The notes under the pieces: generated by a model
Database searches by the model: none
Seen by the model: only the letters and a program-made list of their open reading frames with translations
What the model was told of the DNA's origin: nothing
Shown: positions 1 through 8,764 of the stretch, in pieces
Position numbering within the stretch: the first letter of the stretch is position 1
How the letters are laid out: each line of letters opens with the position of its first letter
Made by a program: the position numbers and the translations under genes
NCBI GenBank assembly: GCA_947625385.1
Contig: CANQOB010000006.1
Location: forward strand, 815 to 64,814
DNA from: an uncultured Clostridia bacterium
GTDB taxonomy: Bacteria > Bacillota > Clostridia > Christensenellales > Borkfalkiaceae
Length of the DNA stretch: 64,000 bases
Direction of reading: 5' to 3'

Positions 1-1
1 G

Positions 2-2311
2 ATTCTGCTCTTTATCATCTTTCTCAATGCGTTCGTGGGATTTTTGCAGCAATACCGGGCGGACGCGGCGATCGAAAATCTGAAAAAGCTCTCCAAATGC
101 GAGGCGAAGGCGATACGGGACGGCAAGGTCGTCAAAATCGACGCGGAGGAGCTCGTCCCCGGCGATGTCGTCGAGATCGAAGAGGGCGACCGCGTGCCGG
201 CGGACTGCCGAATCCTTTCGAGCGAAGATCTCCGCTGCGACGAATCTGCGCTCACGGGGGAGTCGGAGCCCGTCAAAAAGCGGGACTGCGTTATCAAAAA
301 GAGCGCCCTCGCGGAGAGGGCGAATACGGCGTTTTCCTCGACCTTCTGCGTGAAGGGGTGGGCGCGGTGCGTCGTCGTCTCGTGCGGCAAGGACACCGAG
401 ACGGGCAAGATCGCAAATCTTCTCGAAGAGAGCCGCGCGGCGCTTTCGCCTCTCGATAAGACCATTGCCAAGCTCGGCAAGATCGTTACGGCGGTCGTCA
501 TCGCGGTCGCGGCGGCGCTGTTCTTCGGCGGTTTGCTTTTCAGGCGGGTGAGCCTTCTCGACAACATCATGGCAGCCGTTGCCGTCGCCGTGGCGGCGAT
601 TCCCGAAGGGATGGGGGCGGTCGTCACGGTCATCCTTGCGATGGGGGTGCAGCGCATGGCGAAGGAGGGGGCGGTCATGCGGCGGCTCTCCGCGGTCGAG
701 GCGCTCGGCAGTTGCAGCGTAATTTGTTCGGATAAGACGGGGACGCTCACCAAAAATCGCATGACGGTGGAGAAAACGGACGTCTGCTTTGCGGACGCCG
801 ACCGTGCGGAGGAGGAGCTTTTGCGGTGCATGCGCGCCTGCCATTCCGTAAAGGGGAGCGCGGGAAGCTATCTCGGCGACCCGACGGAGATCGCCCTGCT
901 CGAATATGCCGACAGGCGGAATTTTTCCTTTGCGTTCCGCGCTGCGGGGGGAGTTCCCTTCTCCTCGGAGCGCAAGATGATGAGCGTGCTCGCCATCTTC
1001 GAGGGGGGAGAAAGACTGTATGTAAAGGGGGGTGCGGACGTGCTCCTCAAAAAGTGTACGAAGAGGCTCTCGGGCGAAAACGAGGTACCCATGTCCGCGA
1101 AAGACCTCTCCGAAATACGGTCATGTACGGCACGGTACTCGCGGGAAGCGATGCGCGTGCTTGCCTTTGCCTACGGAAAAAAAGAGGAGAAAGAGCTCGT
1201 GTTTTTGGGGCTTGCCGCCATGCTCGACCCTCCCAAGGAGGGGGCGAAGGAGGCGGTCGCAGCGTGCAGGGAAGCGGGCGTCAAGACGGTGATGATCACG
1301 GGGGACAGCGCGGAGACCGCCTTCGCCATCGCCTCCCGCCTCGGCATCGCAGAGAGCCCCGAGGAGGTCGTCACGGGCGAGGAGATCGACGGGATGGGGG
1401 AAGCGCTTGCGCAAAGCGCCGACCGTTTTTCCGTCTACGCGCGCGTTGCGCCCGTCCACAAATCGCAGATCGTGAAGGCGCTGCAAGCGAGAGGGGAGGT
1501 CGTCGCCATGACGGGGGACGGCATCAACGACGCGCCCGCGCTCAAAGCCGCGGATATCGGCGTCGCCATGGGCTCGGGCACCGACGTAACGAAAAACGCC
1601 GCCGACGTGGTGATCTCGGACGACGATTTTTCGACGATGGTGCGCGCCGTCGAGGAGGGGCGCGGCGTTTTTTTCAATATCAAACGGACCATTTCCTTCT
1701 TCCTCTCCACCAACCTCGGGGAGGTGCTGTGCGTGCTCATCGTCTCCCTCTTCTTGTGGAGAGCCACCTTCCTCACGTCCACCCAGCTGCTGTGGGTCAA
1801 TCTCATTACGGATTCTTTGCCCGTTTTGGCGCTCGGCGTGGAGAGGACGAAGGGCGCGATGAAGCGTCCGCCCGTCTCGGACAAGGAGATCTTTTCGAAG
1901 AGCGCACTGCTGCGCATCGGATTTTTCGGCGCAGTGCAGACGGTCATCCTCGTCGCGGCGTTCGTGCTCGCGCTCTCGCAGTGGGGGAACGCCGTTGCGA
2001 GCACGGTCGCGTTCGTACTGCTCTCCAACCTCGAACTGCTGCATGCCTTCAACGTCCGCGCCGAGGACGGTGCGGGCGCGCCCCCGAACAGAGCGCTCTT
2101 TGTCACGGTGGCGATCGGGATCCTGCTCTCCGTTCTGCTCGTCGCAACGCCGCTCTGTGCGCTCTTTTCGCTTGTGCCGCTCTCGGCGGCGCAGTGGGCG
2201 TTCACTTCGGCGGCGTCCCTGCTCATTCTGCCCGCCGGGGCGCTGTACCGCGCCGCGGAAAATTTCAGAGGGCGCAAAAGACGTATCCGCGCCGCCGGAA
2301 TCCGTCGATGA
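2..2311 (+). CDS. P-type cation-transporting ATPase (type II, Ca2+-ATPase-like); 5' end cut by the window edge
   Basis: The frame is open from position 2. Motifs: TGES actuator (LTGESEP), phosphorylation site [11 protein letters not shown], hinge TGDGINDAP, and a hydrophobic C-terminal TM region. Confidence 0.9.
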   Translation: MLLFIIFLNAFVGFLQQYRADAAIENLKKLSKCEAKAIRDGKVVKIDAEELVPGDVVEIEEGDRVPADCRILSSEDLRCDESALTGESEPVKKRDCVIKKSALAERANTAFSSTFCVKGWARCVVVSCGKDTETGKIANLLEESRAALSPLDKTIAKLGKIVTAVVIAVAAALFFGGLLFRRVSLLDNIMAAVAVAVAAIPEGMGAVVTVILAMGVQRMAKEGAVMRRLSAVEALGSCSVICSDKTGTLTKNRMTVEKTDVCFADADRAEEELLRCMRACHSVKGSAGSYLGDPTEIALLEYADRRNFSFAFRAAGGVPFSSERKMMSVLAIFEGGERLYVKGGADVLLKKCTKRLSGENEVPMSAKDLSEIRSCTARYSREAMRVLAFAYGKKEEKELVFLGLAAMLDPPKEGAKEAVAACREAGVKTVMITGDSAETAFAIASRLGIAESPEEVVTGEEIDGMGEALAQSADRFSVYARVAPVHKSQIVKALQARGEVVAMTGDGINDAPALKAADIGVAMGSGTDVTKNAADVVISDDDFSTMVRAVEEGRGVFFNIKRTISFFLSTNLGEVLCVLIVSLFLWRATFLTSTQLLWVNLITDSLPVLALGVERTKGAMKRPPVSDKEIFSKSALLRIGFFGAVQTVILVAAFVLALSQWGNAVASTVAFVLLSNLELLHAFNVRAEDGAGAPPNRALFVTVAIGILLSVLLVATPLCALFSLVPLSAAQWAFTSAASLLILPAGALYRAAENFRGRKRRIRAAGIRR

Positions 2312-2945
2312 TGGCGGGAAGCGCGCTTGCGGTCGCCTTTTGGGGGGCGGAATCGTGCAAGAGGAGGGTGACGCACTGCTTGCCCTCGGCGGTCTTTGCC
2401 GCGGTGCGCGCGAGGGTGGCGGCGTCGGCATACGGGTCGGTGCCGTCTCCGCAGACGGCGTTCCAATCCACGATGTGGTAGCCGCGCTCGGTCAGAAGGG
2501 CGCGCTCGCGGGCGTGCGTGCCGCCCCCGGGGAACCGGTAGAGGGTGGGGTGTTGCCCCGTCACCGCATAGATGACGGCGGCGCAGTCCTCCACGTCCCG
2601 AAGAAAGATCTCCTCGTCGGAATAGATTTTTTTGTATTCATGGCTCATCGAATGGACCCCGATGCTGTGCCCCTCTTCGGCGATGCGGGACAGGGTCTCT
2701 TCGCGCCCGTAGACGCGCTCGCCCACGATGAAGAAGGTCGCCTTGACGCCCTCCCGTTTCAATGTATCGAGGATGCGGTTGGTGACGACGGTGCTCGGAC
2801 CGTCGTCGAAGGTGAGATAGACCCGTTTTTCCTCCGCGGCGAAAGTGAACGTCTCGATGGCGGTCATCCTGCCGCCGAAGTGCGCGAGCAGCACGAGCAG
2901 CACGACGAAAAAGACGATGGCGATGCGGAGAGGCTTTTTGTTCAT
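2265..2945 (-). CDS. Polysaccharide deacetylase (NodB homology domain) with an N-terminal membrane anchor
   Basis: Motifs YLTFDDGPS, ATFFIVGERV and GVHSMSHE, plus a hydrophobic N-terminus (IAIVFFVVLLVLLA). ATG at 2945 is preferred; the track ORF extends to a TTG at 2984. The 3' end overlaps the convergent ATPase by 47 nt. Confidence 0.8.
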   Translation of the reverse strand: MNKKPLRIAIVFFVVLLVLLAHFGGRMTAIETFTFAAEEKRVYLTFDDGPSTVVTNRILDTLKREGVKATFFIVGERVYGREETLSRIAEEGHSIGVHSMSHEYKKIYSDEEIFLRDVEDCAAVIYAVTGQHPTLYRFPGGGTHARERALLTERGYHIVDWNAVCGDGTDPYADAATLARTAAKTAEGKQCVTLLLHDSAPQKATASALPAIIDGFRRRGYVFCAL

Positions 2946-3018
2946 ACCCCGAGTTTGGGGTATTTTTTTGCATTTTATGTGCAACAGAGCCCATTCGCGG
3001 GCGCGCGGAAATTTTTGA

Positions 3019-3048
3019 TTGACAAGGGCGCGCGGGGTGTGTTATAAT
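3019..3048 (+). promoter_or_regulatory. Sigma-A type promoter upstream of galM
   Basis: TTGACA at 3019-3024 and TATAAT at 3043-3048 (18-bp spacer). Confidence 0.5.
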
Positions 3049-3076
3049 TTTTCCGGTTTGTTACGGAGGGTCGCTT

Positions 3077-4075
3077 ATGATCACGGTTTCTGAATTCGGA
3101 AGGCTTTCGGACGGCACGCCCGTACATGCGTTCACCCTGCATGACGGCGAGCGCTCGGTGACGGTTCTCGACTATGCGGGCGCGGTGCAGAGCATCGTGA
3201 CGCCGGACAGGGAGGGGCGCCTTGTCAATGTTGCGCTCGGATATCCCGACGCGGCGGGCTACGAAAACGATACGTTCCACCTCGGCGCCATCGTGGGAAG
3301 GTGCGCGGGACGCATCAAGGAGGGCATGCTCGTCATCGACGGAAAGCTCTACAAGCTCAACTGCACGGACAGGGGGAACCATCTGCACGGCGGACCGGGA
3401 GGGTTCAGCCATAAACTCTTTTCGTATGCGGTCGTGGGGGATACGCTTGCGCTCACCTATATCTCCCCCGACGGCGAAGAGGGGTATCCGGGAAGGCTCA
3501 CCGCGACGGTCGTCTATACCTTTTCGGACGGCGCGCTGCGAATCCGCTACCTCGCCACGACGGACGCGCCCACGGCGGTCAACCTCACCAACCATACCTA
3601 CTTCAATCTCAGCGGCGGAGGGGATGTTCTCGGACACGTCGTGCGGCTGCATGCGGACAAGATCGTCAAAACGGACGAGACGATGGCAAGCTGCGGCGGA
3701 TTCCGCGACGTCGCGTTTACAGCCTACGATTTCAATACGCCCAAGGAAGTGGGGCGGGACATCAAGGGGGATGCGGGGCTCCTCTCGGAGGGCGGCTACG
3801 ACCATTCCTACCTCAATGCGGGCGGCGAGTTCGCCGAGATCTTCTCGCCCGTGACCGGCATCCGCATGACGCTGACGACCGATTTGCCTTCCGTACACTT
3901 CTATACGGGAAACGCGCTCCATGATGCGTTTTTGCCGCACGCGGGGCTGTGCCTCGAAGCGCAGCTCATCTCCAATAACGTCAATGTGGCGGAGTACCGC
4001 GCGCTTGGGAGCTCCTTCCTCCGCCCGGGGGAGAGATACGAACATACCGCAGTTTATCGGTTCGACACCGTTTAA
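3077..4075 (+). CDS. galM: Aldose 1-epimerase (galactose mutarotase)
   Basis: Motifs NHLHGGPGGF, EEGYPG and TNHTYFNL. SD GGAGGG lies upstream of the ATG. Confidence 0.85.
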   Translation: MITVSEFGRLSDGTPVHAFTLHDGERSVTVLDYAGAVQSIVTPDREGRLVNVALGYPDAAGYENDTFHLGAIVGRCAGRIKEGMLVIDGKLYKLNCTDRGNHLHGGPGGFSHKLFSYAVVGDTLALTYISPDGEEGYPGRLTATVVYTFSDGALRIRYLATTDAPTAVNLTNHTYFNLSGGGDVLGHVVRLHADKIVKTDETMASCGGFRDVAFTAYDFNTPKEVGRDIKGDAGLLSEGGYDHSYLNAGGEFAEIFSPVTGIRMTLTTDLPSVHFYTGNALHDAFLPHAGLCLEAQLISNNVNVAEYRALGSSFLRPGERYEHTAVYRFDTV

Positions 4076-4097
4076 CTCTTCGGATTTGCAGAGGATT

Positions 4098-4140
4098 CCG
4101 CGCCCCGCGTTGCGCCGCAACGCGGGGCGCGGTCTCGTTT
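4098..4140 (+). terminator. GC-rich hairpin terminator after galM
   Basis: CCGCGCCCCGCGTT..AACGCGGGGCGCGG at 4098-4132, followed by TCTCGTTT. Confidence 0.6.
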
Positions 4141-4171
4141 CGGTGCACGCGTTCCGGAAAAAAATCATAGG

Positions 4172-4975
4172 ATGGAGCGACCGCATTTTACGGGGGTCTT
4201 ACAAATGCAGTGGTTCCTATCTCTCGCGGCGTGGCAGCAGGCGATTCTCGTCTCGCTCGGGCTCTACCTGTCTACGGCGCTCGGCGCAAGCCTCGTGTTC
4301 TTCTCCAAAAAATTCCGTCCCGCCGCGCTCACCTTTCTTCTCGGACTGTCGGCGGGAATCATGGTCGCGGCAAGCTTTTTTTCGCTGCTTCTGCCCGCAC
4401 TTTCCTATGAGGGGGCGCTTCCCGCCTATGTGACGGTGACGCTCGGGTTCCTGCTCGGCGGCGCGTTCATCGTCGGCTCCGACTTCGTCTTTTCGCACAC
4501 AAAACACCGGGAGCGCACGCTCGGGCGGGAGAACAGCCTGCTCTTTCTTGCCGTGACGCTGCACAACATCCCCGAGGGAATGGCGGTCGGCGTCGCGCTC
4601 GCGGCGGCGGGCGGGGAAGCGGGTGCGCTCGCGGCGGCGGTCATCTTTGCGTTCGGAATCGCCGTGCAGAACTTCCCCGAGGGGGCGTGCGTCGCCTTTC
4701 CCCTGCGCGCGGCGGGCATCTCGCCCTTGAAGAGCTTTCTCTTTTCGCAGGGCTCGGGCGCGGCGGAGATTCCCTCCTGCATCCTCGGCGCGCTCGCGGC
4801 GACGGTCATCGGCGGATTTCTTCCGTGGGCGCTCTCCTTCTCCGCGGGGGCGATGATCGCCGTCGTCTGTGCCGAACTCATCCCCGAATGTTATGCGGGA
4901 AATAAGACGGTCGCCTCGTTCGGCGTGACCGTCGGGTTCGCCGTCATGATGATCCTGGACGTGGCGCTCGGATGA
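4172..4975 (+). CDS. ZIP family metal cation transporter (ZupT-like)
   Basis: Multi-TM protein with HNIPEGMAVG and QNFPEGA motifs. An alternative start at 4205 (MQWFLS) is possible. Confidence 0.8.
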   Translation: MERPHFTGVLQMQWFLSLAAWQQAILVSLGLYLSTALGASLVFFSKKFRPAALTFLLGLSAGIMVAASFFSLLLPALSYEGALPAYVTVTLGFLLGGAFIVGSDFVFSHTKHRERTLGRENSLLFLAVTLHNIPEGMAVGVALAAAGGEAGALAAAVIFAFGIAVQNFPEGACVAFPLRAAGISPLKSFLFSQGSGAAEIPSCILGALAATVIGGFLPWALSFSAGAMIAVVCAELIPECYAGNKTVASFGVTVGFAVMMILDVALG

Positions 4976-5967
4976 AGCACGATCGCGCCTTTGGGCGGGG
5001 ACGAGGAAAAATTCGGCAAAAGAGGAATAAGAAGCGCACGAACGCGCATACTTCGGGTATGAAATCGGAAAATCGTGCCGCCGAAAGCGGCGAAACCGCG
5101 GAAGAAAAAACGGAAAAGAAGCAGCGGGAACACGCCGCACCCGCAGAGAGCGCAAACGACCATACCATGCCCGCAAGACGGGTCGCAGTGATCGTCGGCG
5201 GGTCGTCCGGAATCGGGCGGGAGACCGCGCTCAAACTGCTCTCGCGCGGCTATCGCGTGTTCAATGTCTCGCGGACTCCCTTCAAGGGGGAACGGGTCAA
5301 AACGTACGTCGCCGACGCGGCGCGGGAGGGCGAGATCTCGGATGCCGTGCGCGCGGCGGGGGAGGAGACGGGTGCGGTCGACCTCGTCATCTACTCCGCG
5401 GGATTTTCCATGGCGGCGCCCATCGAGCACGCAAAGAGCGGGGATTACCGCTACCTCTTCGAGGTCAATTATTTCGGCGCGGTGGAAACGTTGCGCGCCG
5501 CCGCTCCGTTTTTGAAGCGCAGAGGCGGAAGAGCGATTCTCGTCGGCTCCATGGGGGCGGATCTCCCCATCCCGTACGACAGCTTCTATTCCTCCTCCAA
5601 GGCTGCGCTCTCCATGCTGGCGCGCGAAGCGGATATGGAGCTCAGACCGCACGGCGTGCGCGTCTCCGCGCTCCTGCCCGGAGGGACGGCGACGGACTTT
5701 ACCTACAACAGGAAGGTGTATAAGGAGCCCGAAAGCCTCTCCTATGCGCCCTCCGTCAAGAAGGCGTCGGCGGCGCTTGCGAATATGGAACAGGGGGGCA
5801 TGAGTCCCTCCCTCGTCGCGGAAGCCGTCCTCAAACTCGCGGCGCGCAAAAATCCGCCCCCCGTCACCGCGGTGGGCGGGGTGAACAACTTCGTGCGGTA
5901 TGCTTCGAAGATGCTCCCCGAACGCGTGACGGATTGGTTCGTGCGCAAAAAGTTCAATCAGAAATAA
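4972..5967 (+). CDS. Short-chain dehydrogenase/reductase (SDR) family oxidoreductase
   Basis: Rossmann motif VIVGGSSGIGRE and catalytic YSSSKAA. The ATG at 4972 overlaps the ZIP stop (ATGA). The first 65 aa are a K/R/E-rich extension, and the catalytic domain would also be complete from ATG 5167. Confidence 0.75.
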   Translation: MKHDRAFGRGRGKIRQKRNKKRTNAHTSGMKSENRAAESGETAEEKTEKKQREHAAPAESANDHTMPARRVAVIVGGSSGIGRETALKLLSRGYRVFNVSRTPFKGERVKTYVADAAREGEISDAVRAAGEETGAVDLVIYSAGFSMAAPIEHAKSGDYRYLFEVNYFGAVETLRAAAPFLKRRGGRAILVGSMGADLPIPYDSFYSSSKAALSMLAREADMELRPHGVRVSALLPGGTATDFTYNRKVYKEPESLSYAPSVKKASAALANMEQGGMSPSLVAEAVLKLAARKNPPPVTAVGGVNNFVRYASKMLPERVTDWFVRKKFNQK

Positions 5968-5970
5968 ACC

Positions 5971-6001
5971 GAGCGCCGCCCGCAAACATTGGGCGGCGCT
6001 C
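5971..6001 (+). terminator. Hairpin after the SDR gene
   Basis: GAGCGCCGCCC (5971-5981), 9-nt loop, GGGCGGCGCTC (5991-6001). There is no clear U-tract. Confidence 0.45.
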
Positions 6002-6032
6002 CCTCGTCCGAAAAAAATATTGTGTAAAATAC

Positions 6033-6061
6033 TTGACAAGCGTGACTCTTTTTGATACAAT
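6033..6061 (+). promoter_or_regulatory. Sigma-A type promoter of lipoprotein gene 6102
   Basis: TTGACA at 6033-6038, 17-bp spacer, TACAAT at 6056-6061. Confidence 0.5.
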
Positions 6062-6101
6062 AAAGAAAAACAAAGGCTCCCTGTGAGCAAGGAGAAAAAG
6101 C

Positions 6102-7103
6102 ATGAAAAAATTGTTGGCTGTCTTATGCGCGCTTGCAATGTGCTTTGCACTTGCGGCGTGCGGGGAGAACGCGTCCGTAGGGGACGGAACGGATAACGGA
6201 ACAGACATCGGTTCGGATACGGGGTCGGACGTCGGGTCGGACGTCGGGTCGGACGACCGCGGGGAGAGCGGCTCCCCCGAAGAGGAGCTTGCCTCGCCGC
6301 TTGCGGCGCTCGAGACCATCGACCTCGAAACGGCGTTCGAGGGCAAAAGCGGGATGCTCGCCCTTGCCGCCGACTTCGGCACGGGATATTCGTTCCGCTG
6401 GACGAGCGGCGTGAGCGGAAGAGAGAAATTTTTCGCGGGGCTCGTTGCGGACATCGCTCTCGAAGATAAAATCGGCATCGAAGAAAAGGGACTCGTCGGG
6501 GGAGGGAACATCACCCTCGGCGCGACCTTGCAGGCGCCCTCCTCGGAGGGCGAACCGCTGCGCAAAGAGTTCGAGGCGGGCATCGTCCATGACGGGGAAT
6601 GGGTCGTCTATTCGCAGATGAACGGCGATGAGGGGCGGATCTCCATCGGAGACATCGGCGCAAAGGCAGAGGAAGTCTCGGGTGCGCTCTCGCCGCTGTA
6701 TGCCGCGGTCACGGAGATCTTCGATACCGCCGCGGAGGGCGGCACGCTCCGCCTCGGCGTGGAGAGGCTCCTCTCCCTCGGCTTTACCGCCGTCGTGGAT
6801 ACTTCGGACGGGGTCAGGGTGCACCTTGCGGCGTCAAAGGGATTTTTCACCGATCTTTTGAACGATATGCTCGAACGCTTCCTGCCCGAAGATTGGCTGC
6901 CGTACATCCCCCGCGCGGACTTCCGCTATACCTCGAATACGTTCGATATCACGCTCGCCTTCGACGCGGAGGGAAAATTCGAGGAATACACCGTGGAGAG
7001 CAACGTCGACCTCGGGCTGTCCCTCCGGATCAGGGGACTGTTCACCGCCGAGAGCGGCATGACGCAGGCGGGCGGATTCTCCATTCGCCGCACAACGGCT
7101 TAA
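6102..7103 (+). CDS. Lipoprotein of unknown function
   Basis: Signal peptide with lipobox MKKLLAVLCALAMCFALAAC|G, followed by a G/S/D/T low-complexity linker (GSDV repeats). SD AAGGAG is present. Confidence 0.7.
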   Translation: MKKLLAVLCALAMCFALAACGENASVGDGTDNGTDIGSDTGSDVGSDVGSDDRGESGSPEEELASPLAALETIDLETAFEGKSGMLALAADFGTGYSFRWTSGVSGREKFFAGLVADIALEDKIGIEEKGLVGGGNITLGATLQAPSSEGEPLRKEFEAGIVHDGEWVVYSQMNGDEGRISIGDIGAKAEEVSGALSPLYAAVTEIFDTAAEGGTLRLGVERLLSLGFTAVVDTSDGVRVHLAASKGFFTDLLNDMLERFLPEDWLPYIPRADFRYTSNTFDITLAFDAEGKFEEYTVESNVDLGLSLRIRGLFTAESGMTQAGGFSIRRTTA

Positions 7104-7121
7104 AACTGCTTAAATTATAAT

Positions 7122-7155
7122 AATCCCCCCTTGTCCGTCGGGACGAGGGGGGATT
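7122..7155. terminator. Bidirectional hairpin between the convergent lipoprotein and XRE genes
   Basis: AATCCCCCC (7122-7130) pairs with GGGGGGATT (7147-7155), with an inner GTCC/GGAC stem. Confidence 0.55.
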
Positions 7156-7181
7156 TGCATGTCGGTGGAAAAATAAGGACG

Positions 7182-7508
7182 TTATTCTTTCTTCAAAGCG
7201 GCAAGATAGCCTTCCAATTTGAGGCGACCTTCCCGTCCGAGAGCGCGGTAGCCTTCGAGCAATGCGCGCTCGTCCTGCAAGAGCGCGGTGTCCGACGCGT
7301 GCGCGCCGTCCGTCCTTCCCAAAAGCTCGTCCGTGGTAACGCCGAACAGGTCGGCGATGGCTATGAGCGTGTCGAAAGAGCATTCCCGCCCGCCCGTCTC
7401 CCAATAGGAGATGAGACGGGGGGAGACGTTCAATTTCTCCGCAAACTGTTTTCTCGTCAAGCCCGCTTCCGCACGGAGCTCGATGATTCGGCGACCAAAT
7501 TCATTCAT
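7182..7508 (-). CDS. XRE-family helix-turn-helix transcriptional regulator
   Basis: HTH_3 signature: IIELRAEAGLTRKQFAEKLNVSPRLISYWETG ... IADLFGVTTDELL. 108 aa with no peptidase domain. Confidence 0.85.
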   Translation of the reverse strand: MNEFGRRIIELRAEAGLTRKQFAEKLNVSPRLISYWETGGRECSFDTLIAIADLFGVTTDELLGRTDGAHASDTALLQDERALLEGYRALGREGRLKLEGYLAALKKE

Positions 7509-7520
7509 ATTCTTATTTTA

Positions 7521-7595
7521 GAACAATCTGTTCCAAATTACTTGACAAGGAACAATCTGTTCTGTTATAATTCTGTAAAAAAGAACAGAATGTTC
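7521..7595. promoter_or_regulatory. Three copies of a 13-bp palindromic operator GAACA-N3-TGTTC in the divergent XRE/lipoprotein control region
   Basis: GAACAATCTGTTC at 7521-7533 and 7550-7562; GAACAGAATGTTC at 7583-7595. The second copy fills the spacer of the TTGACA(7542-7547)/TATAAT(7566-7571) promoter. Confidence 0.65.
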
Positions 7596-7613
7596 TGATT
7601 ACGGAGGTAAAAC

Positions 7614-8507
7614 ATGAAAAAATTTTTGACGCTCATCTGCGCGCTCGCCATGTGCTTTGCGCTCGCGGCATGCGGGGAGGGCAATCTGCCCCAAAACCCG
7701 TCCGACGGGGACGGGAAAGAGCAGGGCGGCACCGAAGTCACCGATCCGTCCGACGGGGATGGAGAAGAGCAGGGCGGCACCGAAGTCACCGACCCGTCCG
7801 ACGGGGACGGGGAAGAACAGGGCGGCTCCGAAGTCACCCTCACGGCGGACACCGATTTCGACGCGCTCGTCTCGGACAAGGTGACTGCGGAGGAGTGGGA
7901 TGCGGTGTTCACGAACGAATCGTTCGCGGGCTGCACGGTGGAGTATGCGAGAAGGTCGAACCGTACGAAGGCCTCGTTCGGCTACAAGCCGTTCGACGGG
8001 GGGTACGATTACTACCTCAACGTGTCGACTACCGACGTCTCCGACGGCGCTCCCGTCACCTATTCGCAGGAGATGATCGCCCATATCGAGGGGACGACGG
8101 CAAGACAGTACGGGAAAAATCTCGACGATCCGAACGACCCCGCCTACTATTATGTGGATTTGAATTTGGAGGGGGACGGCGACGTGGATACCGTCGTGGT
8201 CAAAGAGTGGATACTGACGTTCCGCTCCATGATTTCCTACGATTTCTCGGGGAAGAGCGCGCAGTTCTCCTATGACGAGACGCTCGGCGCCTATACCTAT
8301 CAGGGGACAGACCTGCGCGTCAAATATTCGCCGATGGAAGCGGGCGAATACACCGTCGCCAAAGCCGTTTTGAAGTTCGCGGGCGGCAAGCTCGCCTATG
8401 CGGCGGTGACGCTCTCCGGAAACGCCGAAGAGACGTTCAAATACTACGACTACGGCAAGACGGGGACGTTTGTTCCCGAGAACGCGAAGCCCTATACCGC
8501 AAACTGA
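7614..8507 (+). CDS. Lipoprotein of unknown function with a tandem 16-aa acidic repeat
   Basis: Signal peptide and lipobox MKKFLTLICALAMCFALAAC|G are nearly identical to those of the 6102 gene. It carries 3 copies of PSDGDGEEQGGTEVTD. SD GGAGG is present. Confidence 0.7.
   Translation: MKKFLTLICALAMCFALAACGEGNLPQNPSDGDGKEQGGTEVTDPSDGDGEEQGGTEVTDPSDGDGEEQGGSEVTLTADTDFDALVSDKVTAEEWDAVFTNESFAGCTVEYARRSNRTKASFGYKPFDGGYDYYLNVSTTDVSDGAPVTYSQEMIAHIEGTTARQYGKNLDDPNDPAYYYVDLNLEGDGDVDTVVVKEWILTFRSMISYDFSGKSAQFSYDETLGAYTYQGTDLRVKYSPMEAGEYTVAKAVLKFAGGKLAYAAVTLSGNAEETFKYYDYGKTGTFVPENAKPYTAN
7697..7840 (+). repeat. Three in-frame tandem copies of a 48-bp repeat inside the lipoprotein gene
   Basis: CCGTCCGACGGGGA(C/T)GG(G/A)(A/G)AAGA(G/A)CAGGGCGGC(A/T)CCGAAGTCACC... 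begins at 7697, 7745 and 7793. Confidence 0.9.
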
Positions 8508-8512
8508 TCAGG

Positions 8513-8560
8513 CGCCCTTCTTCGGCGTACGCGCCGAAGAAGGGCGTTATGACTTTTTTT
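8513..8560 (+). terminator. Intrinsic terminator after lipoprotein gene 7614
   Basis: CGCCCTTCTTCGGCG (8513-8527), loop TACG, CGCCGAAGAAGGGCG (8532-8546), then a T-run at 8554-8560. Confidence 0.75.
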
Positions 8561-8608
8561 GTAAGTATCTTTCAGAAAAATCCGTTTTGGATTTCGGCGA
8601 CGGTTTGC

Positions 8609-8637
8609 TTGACGCGCGCGCAAATTTATACTATAAT
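8609..8637 (+). promoter_or_regulatory. Sigma-A type promoter of the pur operon
   Basis: TTGACG at 8609-8614, 17-bp spacer, TATAAT at 8632-8637. The implied leader before purE is about 120 nt. Confidence 0.55.
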
Positions 8638-8705
8638 GTTGCCATGAGAACGGTTGGAATTGGTCTGCTCTTTGGCAGAATAAAATTTCAGACGAACCCG
8701 AAAGC

Positions 8706-8750
8706 GGCAGGTTTTTTCGCATAGAAAATTCCTGCCCTTTTACTTTTTTT
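8706..8750 (+). terminator. Terminator-like hairpin inside the purE leader (candidate attenuator)
   Basis: GGCAGG (8706-8711) pairs with CCTGCC (8731-8736), with an inner TTTT/AAAA stem, followed by CTTTTACTTTTTTT. It ends 15 nt before the purE ATG. Confidence 0.55.
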
Positions 8751-8764
8751 GAAAAGGAGATTGC

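Noticed and set aside
7521-7595. LexA (Cheo) SOS boxes
   Set aside because: The Gram-positive LexA box is CGAAC-N4-GTTCG. These sites are GAAC-N5-GTTC, and the adjacent regulator is a 108-aa XRE protein without the S24 autopeptidase domain.
8638-8764. Guanine/adenine, ZTP or PRPP riboswitch upstream of purE
   Set aside because: I could not find the conserved cores of these classes by eye. The region is reported only as an unclassified leader with a terminator hairpin, and a covariance-model search is needed.
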